This document shows positions 61,071 to 64,000 of a stretch of DNA of 64,000 bases, piece by piece (within the stretch, counting starts at the first letter, position 1; each line of letters begins with the position of its first letter). Both the position numbers and the translations under genes were made by a program. Source of the stretch: Acidimicrobiales bacterium (GTDB taxonomy: Bacteria > Actinomycetota > Acidimicrobiia > Acidimicrobiales > Aldehydirespiratoraceae); assembly GCA_965116665.1 (NCBI GenBank), contig OZ220709.1, forward strand, positions 1,340,669 through 1,404,668, in the 5' to 3' direction. Below the pieces are notes generated by a model. That model searched no databases, had not been told where the DNA came from, and was given only the letters and a program-made list of their open reading frames with translations.

Positions 61071-62531
61071 ATGTCCCGAGTCTTCGTCTCAGCCGTTGTT
61101 GCCGTGTTGGTGGTGGCCTCAGCCTGCGGAGGAGGCGACCAAGACGGCACCCGCGTCGAGCCGCCTACAGACGCCCGGGAGGAGCCGCCACCTGACGCCC
61201 GCGCCGAGCCGCCAGCTGACGCCACAGCCATCGACACCGCCGCAGACAGCACAACGGTGGAAGCACTGGACCAACGAGAGAGGGTGCAGCTTGGGAGCCG
61301 GTTCGAGTGGTGCGCGACCACACAGAGCGCATGGGACCGCAACGACGAGGGCTTCCGAGCTGCCTTGGATGCGGTCGCCGACTACAACGACGCCCTGGGC
61401 GCTCTCAGCGGCGCTGTCGACGAGTTGGACCGTGCTGAAGCCCTCGAGCAGATCGACGCTCTCCAACGGCGCGCTGAGGATCTCATCGCCGCGTACGACG
61501 ATGTCGTGATGCGCGGCATGATCGGCCAGCTCAACGCCGGCGCCGAAGGCACCGAAGGTGTGGCCTACTCCCGAGCACTGGACGCTTTCATCGCCAGCGC
61601 TTCCGAGGAGGACTTGACCCTGTTGCGCGAGTTTCACGCCATCGACCGCAGCAGCTATTGGAATCGCGACGCCGCCAGTGTGCTGGCGTTGCCGCTGCCG
61701 TCGGCGGTTCGTGCCTCGCTCGGTGTCAGAGCCGCGGAGGAGGCCCGCGAGTTGCTGGAACGCGAGTTGGCGGAACCTCTCTCGACGCCGACGGTCAGTG
61801 ACGCCAGAGACGCCGTGCGGTCCGGCCTTGAGGAATCCGGGTATGAGTACCGGGTTGTCTTGGCCGCTGGCGGGGTAGCCCATGCCGCGGTTCTAGGGAA
61901 CCTCGGCGACGTCGACCTCGTTTCTGCGGCGAGAGCCTACGCAGAAGCTGTAGTTGACTATCAGGCGACGATCAGACTCGCCTTCGAGTCCGCTATGGCT
62001 GCCTCCGAGACAGCTGCCGCCAATGCTGCTGCCCGGCGTGTCTTCGACGAAGCTGTGGCCGCTAGCGACGCCGCCTACCTCGCGTACAATGAAGCCGAGA
62101 ACGCCGCCTATCCGGAGGCACTGGCCGAAGGTCTCCTAGACGAGGCCTACGAAGCCCGCGAGGATGCCTGGAAGGAAGCGGGATACGCGGTCTCCGACGC
62201 GGTCCAGATGGTCTGGTCCGAAGCAAGACGGGCAGCGGAAGCGGCGCAAGACGCCGCGCGGGCAGCCGCCGACGATGCCCTGGCAACAGACGCACGCCAG
62301 GTCGTGGCCGAAACCGTTCGCGCTGCTCGCGCCGAGGGTCTTGAAGCTGCCGTCGTCGCGGAGGCTGCGCTCAACCAGTTCGAACAGGGGCTCATCGAGG
62401 TCCACAGATACAGGGGTCTAGGCCCGCGCACCTTCTTGGACTTCTTGGAGCAGGCCATTGCGGTCGAGTCCCTTGTGCGCAGCGACCCCTGGCATGCGAT
62501 GCAGCGGTCGCTGGCAGATGCCTGCCAATAG
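61071..62531 (+). CDS. Ala/Glu-rich alpha-helical lipoprotein
   Basis: ATG 61071 in ORF 61032..62531. Signal peptide plus lipobox MSRVFVSAVVAVLVVASAC-GGG. Long helical Ala/Glu/Asp-rich body. Confidence 0.65.
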   Translation: MSRVFVSAVVAVLVVASACGGGDQDGTRVEPPTDAREEPPPDARAEPPADATAIDTAADSTTVEALDQRERVQLGSRFEWCATTQSAWDRNDEGFRAALDAVADYNDALGALSGAVDELDRAEALEQIDALQRRAEDLIAAYDDVVMRGMIGQLNAGAEGTEGVAYSRALDAFIASASEEDLTLLREFHAIDRSSYWNRDAASVLALPLPSAVRASLGVRAAEEARELLERELAEPLSTPTVSDARDAVRSGLEESGYEYRVVLAAGGVAHAAVLGNLGDVDLVSAARAYAEAVVDYQATIRLAFESAMAASETAAANAAARRVFDEAVAASDAAYLAYNEAENAAYPEALAEGLLDEAYEAREDAWKEAGYAVSDAVQMVWSEARRAAEAAQDAARAAADDALATDARQVVAETVRAARAEGLEAAVVAEAALNQFEQGLIEVHRYRGLGPRTFLDFLEQAIAVESLVRSDPWHAMQRSLADACQ

Positions 62532-63204
62532 GGTCGCGTTGCACCGTCGTCATCGTCGGTCAGGACTTCACGACACGCCGGAGTGTCCCGCCAACCCATC
62601 ACGGCGCTCGCCAAGGCCAAAGGCGAAGTCAACGACAATCGGCGTGTCCGGAGCCCGCGACGTGACCGTCTGCTAGTAGTCACGACGCGTCCAGGAATGT
62701 TCGGCTCCCCCTCAATGACGCGCTCTAGCCTGCGAATGATCTTGGGGAGCCCGCAGGTGATGTAGGACAGCCAGAGTCCAGTGGTCGGATGCAGTTTCGT
62801 TGTCGATCGTGGAGAAGGTCGCGGTCCTACATGACCAACGCCACTACTCCTGCGGTGCTGCGCCCATGACGGTCACCCGACCTGCGTCGTGCTGGACGTC
62901 GTCTAGTGGGGCGGAGCCGGCCCGGCAGCGAGGACCCGTGACTCGCTCACCGGGCCGGCATCCTGTTGTCGCTGGTCCCGCACAGGCCAGCGACCGCGCC
63001 CCCACACTGGGCCGGGGTGCGGTTTGGTGTCTGGGCTGGCGGCAGTAGGAGCGTTCTACCGCCAACCCAGGACCGGTCGAGGCTGGCATGTGCCCGCTTG
63101 GGCTGGTGCTCATTGTCGTTTGTGAGCGTCATGTGAGCATCCAGCCCAGTCGTGTGTGGATCTGTGGCGGGCAATGCCGGCCCCGACCGGCCGGGACCTA
63201 CGGC

Positions 63205-64000
63205 TTACTGTGCGTCGAAGGCTGGAACTGTCCGCTGCAGCACCCGGCCCAGAATGTCGACGCCGGTGCCGTTGTCGGGGGTATCCACCCTTGTGCCGTC
63301 GTAGTCGTCTGTGGCTGGGCCGGTTGCGGTGCCGTACGGGATATTCCACATCGCTCCGTTCAAAGGCAGCGGATCATTGCCCGTGGCACCGGAGGCGCTA
63401 AGCGCCGCGTAACCATATGGGTTGAGGCCAGTGGTGTACATGGCAATGTCGGCGACGGTAGCCGGTGAGCAGTTGTGGCGACCGAAGGCCTCCTCTGTGT
63501 CGGAAGTGGCCGCATTGCCGCGGAGGTTGGCACCGGCGTCATACCAGATGCCCCGCAGGTTGCCCTCCGCTGTGGCTGCAATGGTCGCGTCGACAGCGGT
63601 ACCGGCGACCATCGAGTCGTTCCAGTCCGGTCGTAGCACGATCAGGGCGCACGCCCACGCTCCGTCGGCGTTCTTGATCTGGATCCTTATCGCGTCCCCG
63701 TCGGCGACCAGCCACCTGACGACCGGAGCGGCCGAAGCGTCGAGACCGTTGCCAGCATCGCTGCTGGGGTTCACGGCACCGGAGGTAGAGCTGTCACCGT
63801 TGTCGGTGTTGTTGGGAGTGGCTTTGAGGATCATCTGGATCCGCACAACATCCTGACCGTCTGCATCGTCGAACTCCCAGCCGTAACCGCCGCCTGACTT
63901 CATAGTGTTCGGAGGGTTCCAGGTGAACCCAGAGGAAGCGCTGCTCAGCGCCGAGATCAACTCAGCCGGTGGTGCCCCGTCGGACGTGAAGGTGTGTCCT
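63205..64000 (-). CDS. Hypothetical Gly/Asp/Asn/Thr-rich protein; N-terminus runs off the window end
   Basis: ORF 63205..63960 stays open upstream to position 64000 (…GHTFTSDGAPPAE before the listed TTG). Beta-rich secreted-like composition. No recognised domain. Confidence 0.45.
   Translation of the reverse strand, partial: GHTFTSDGAPPAELISALSSASSGFTWNPPNTMKSGGGYGWEFDDADGQDVVRIQMILKATPNNTDNGDSSTSGAVNPSSDAGNGLDASAAPVVRWLVADGDAIRIQIKNADGAWACALIVLRPDWNDSMVAGTAVDATIAATAEGNLRGIWYDAGANLRGNAATSDTEEAFGRHNCSPATVADIAMYTTGLNPYGYAALSASGATGNDPLPLNGAMWNIPYGTATGPATDDYDGTRVDTPDNGTGVDILGRVLQRTVPAFDAQ

Noticed and set aside
62531-63205. Small ORFs 62583..62765, 62800..63048, 62844..63113 and 63088..63468.
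   Set aside because: No motifs, mutually overlapping in several frames, and compositionally shadow-like. Treated as intergenic.

Overview
High-GC, Actinomycetota-like chromosomal segment. Domain names below come from motif recognition by eye and memory; no searches were run, and most start codons are approximate.

Positions 1-11.2 kb are housekeeping. They hold a secreted M16 peptidase (open at the window start), adenosine deaminase and a DEAD-box helicase. A SAM-riboswitch-like leader precedes overlapping metX and a Cys/Met PLP enzyme gene. An acidic tandem-repeat membrane protein, tRNA-Gly, a ComF-like PRTase, a MazEF-type TA pair and tRNA-Cys follow.

From tRNA-Cys (11171) to about 59.7 kb the window is a mosaic of mobile elements and conflict or defence genes:
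- An IS4-like YREK transposase module.
- A helicase-methylase-ATPase system (SNF2/DUF3883 + DUF1156 + HEPN-DUF499).
- A lone HEPN protein.
- A ThsA-type SIR2-SLOG gene in a tight operon with a DprA-like gene and a ComF-type PRTase, with no TIR partner. This is the most interesting candidate for an undescribed system.
- An intact IS21 (istAB, 4-bp TSD).
- A murA carrying Asp at the fosfomycin-target Cys position.
- Two DUF4238 genes.
- A decayed RES toxin next to an intact Xre antitoxin.
- An HNH protein and an IS1182-type element with perfect 18-bp IRs.
- An Mrr-like protein, and a RusA gene overlapping a REase-HEPN fusion.
- A graspetide-like RiPP cassette (two-core precursor, ATP-grasp, membrane protein).
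- An aberrant tRNA-like gene whose 3' half is repeated 5 kb away.
- A GNAT gene, and a wHTH operon encoding a five-fold ~115-aa repeat protein.
- A convergent LRV-repeat/MoxR AAA+/VWA(DUF2201) operon.

The right end carries a metallophosphoesterase, an Ala-rich lipoprotein and a partial gene. Many long ORFs in the track are antisense or off-frame shadows typical of high-GC DNA and were rejected.
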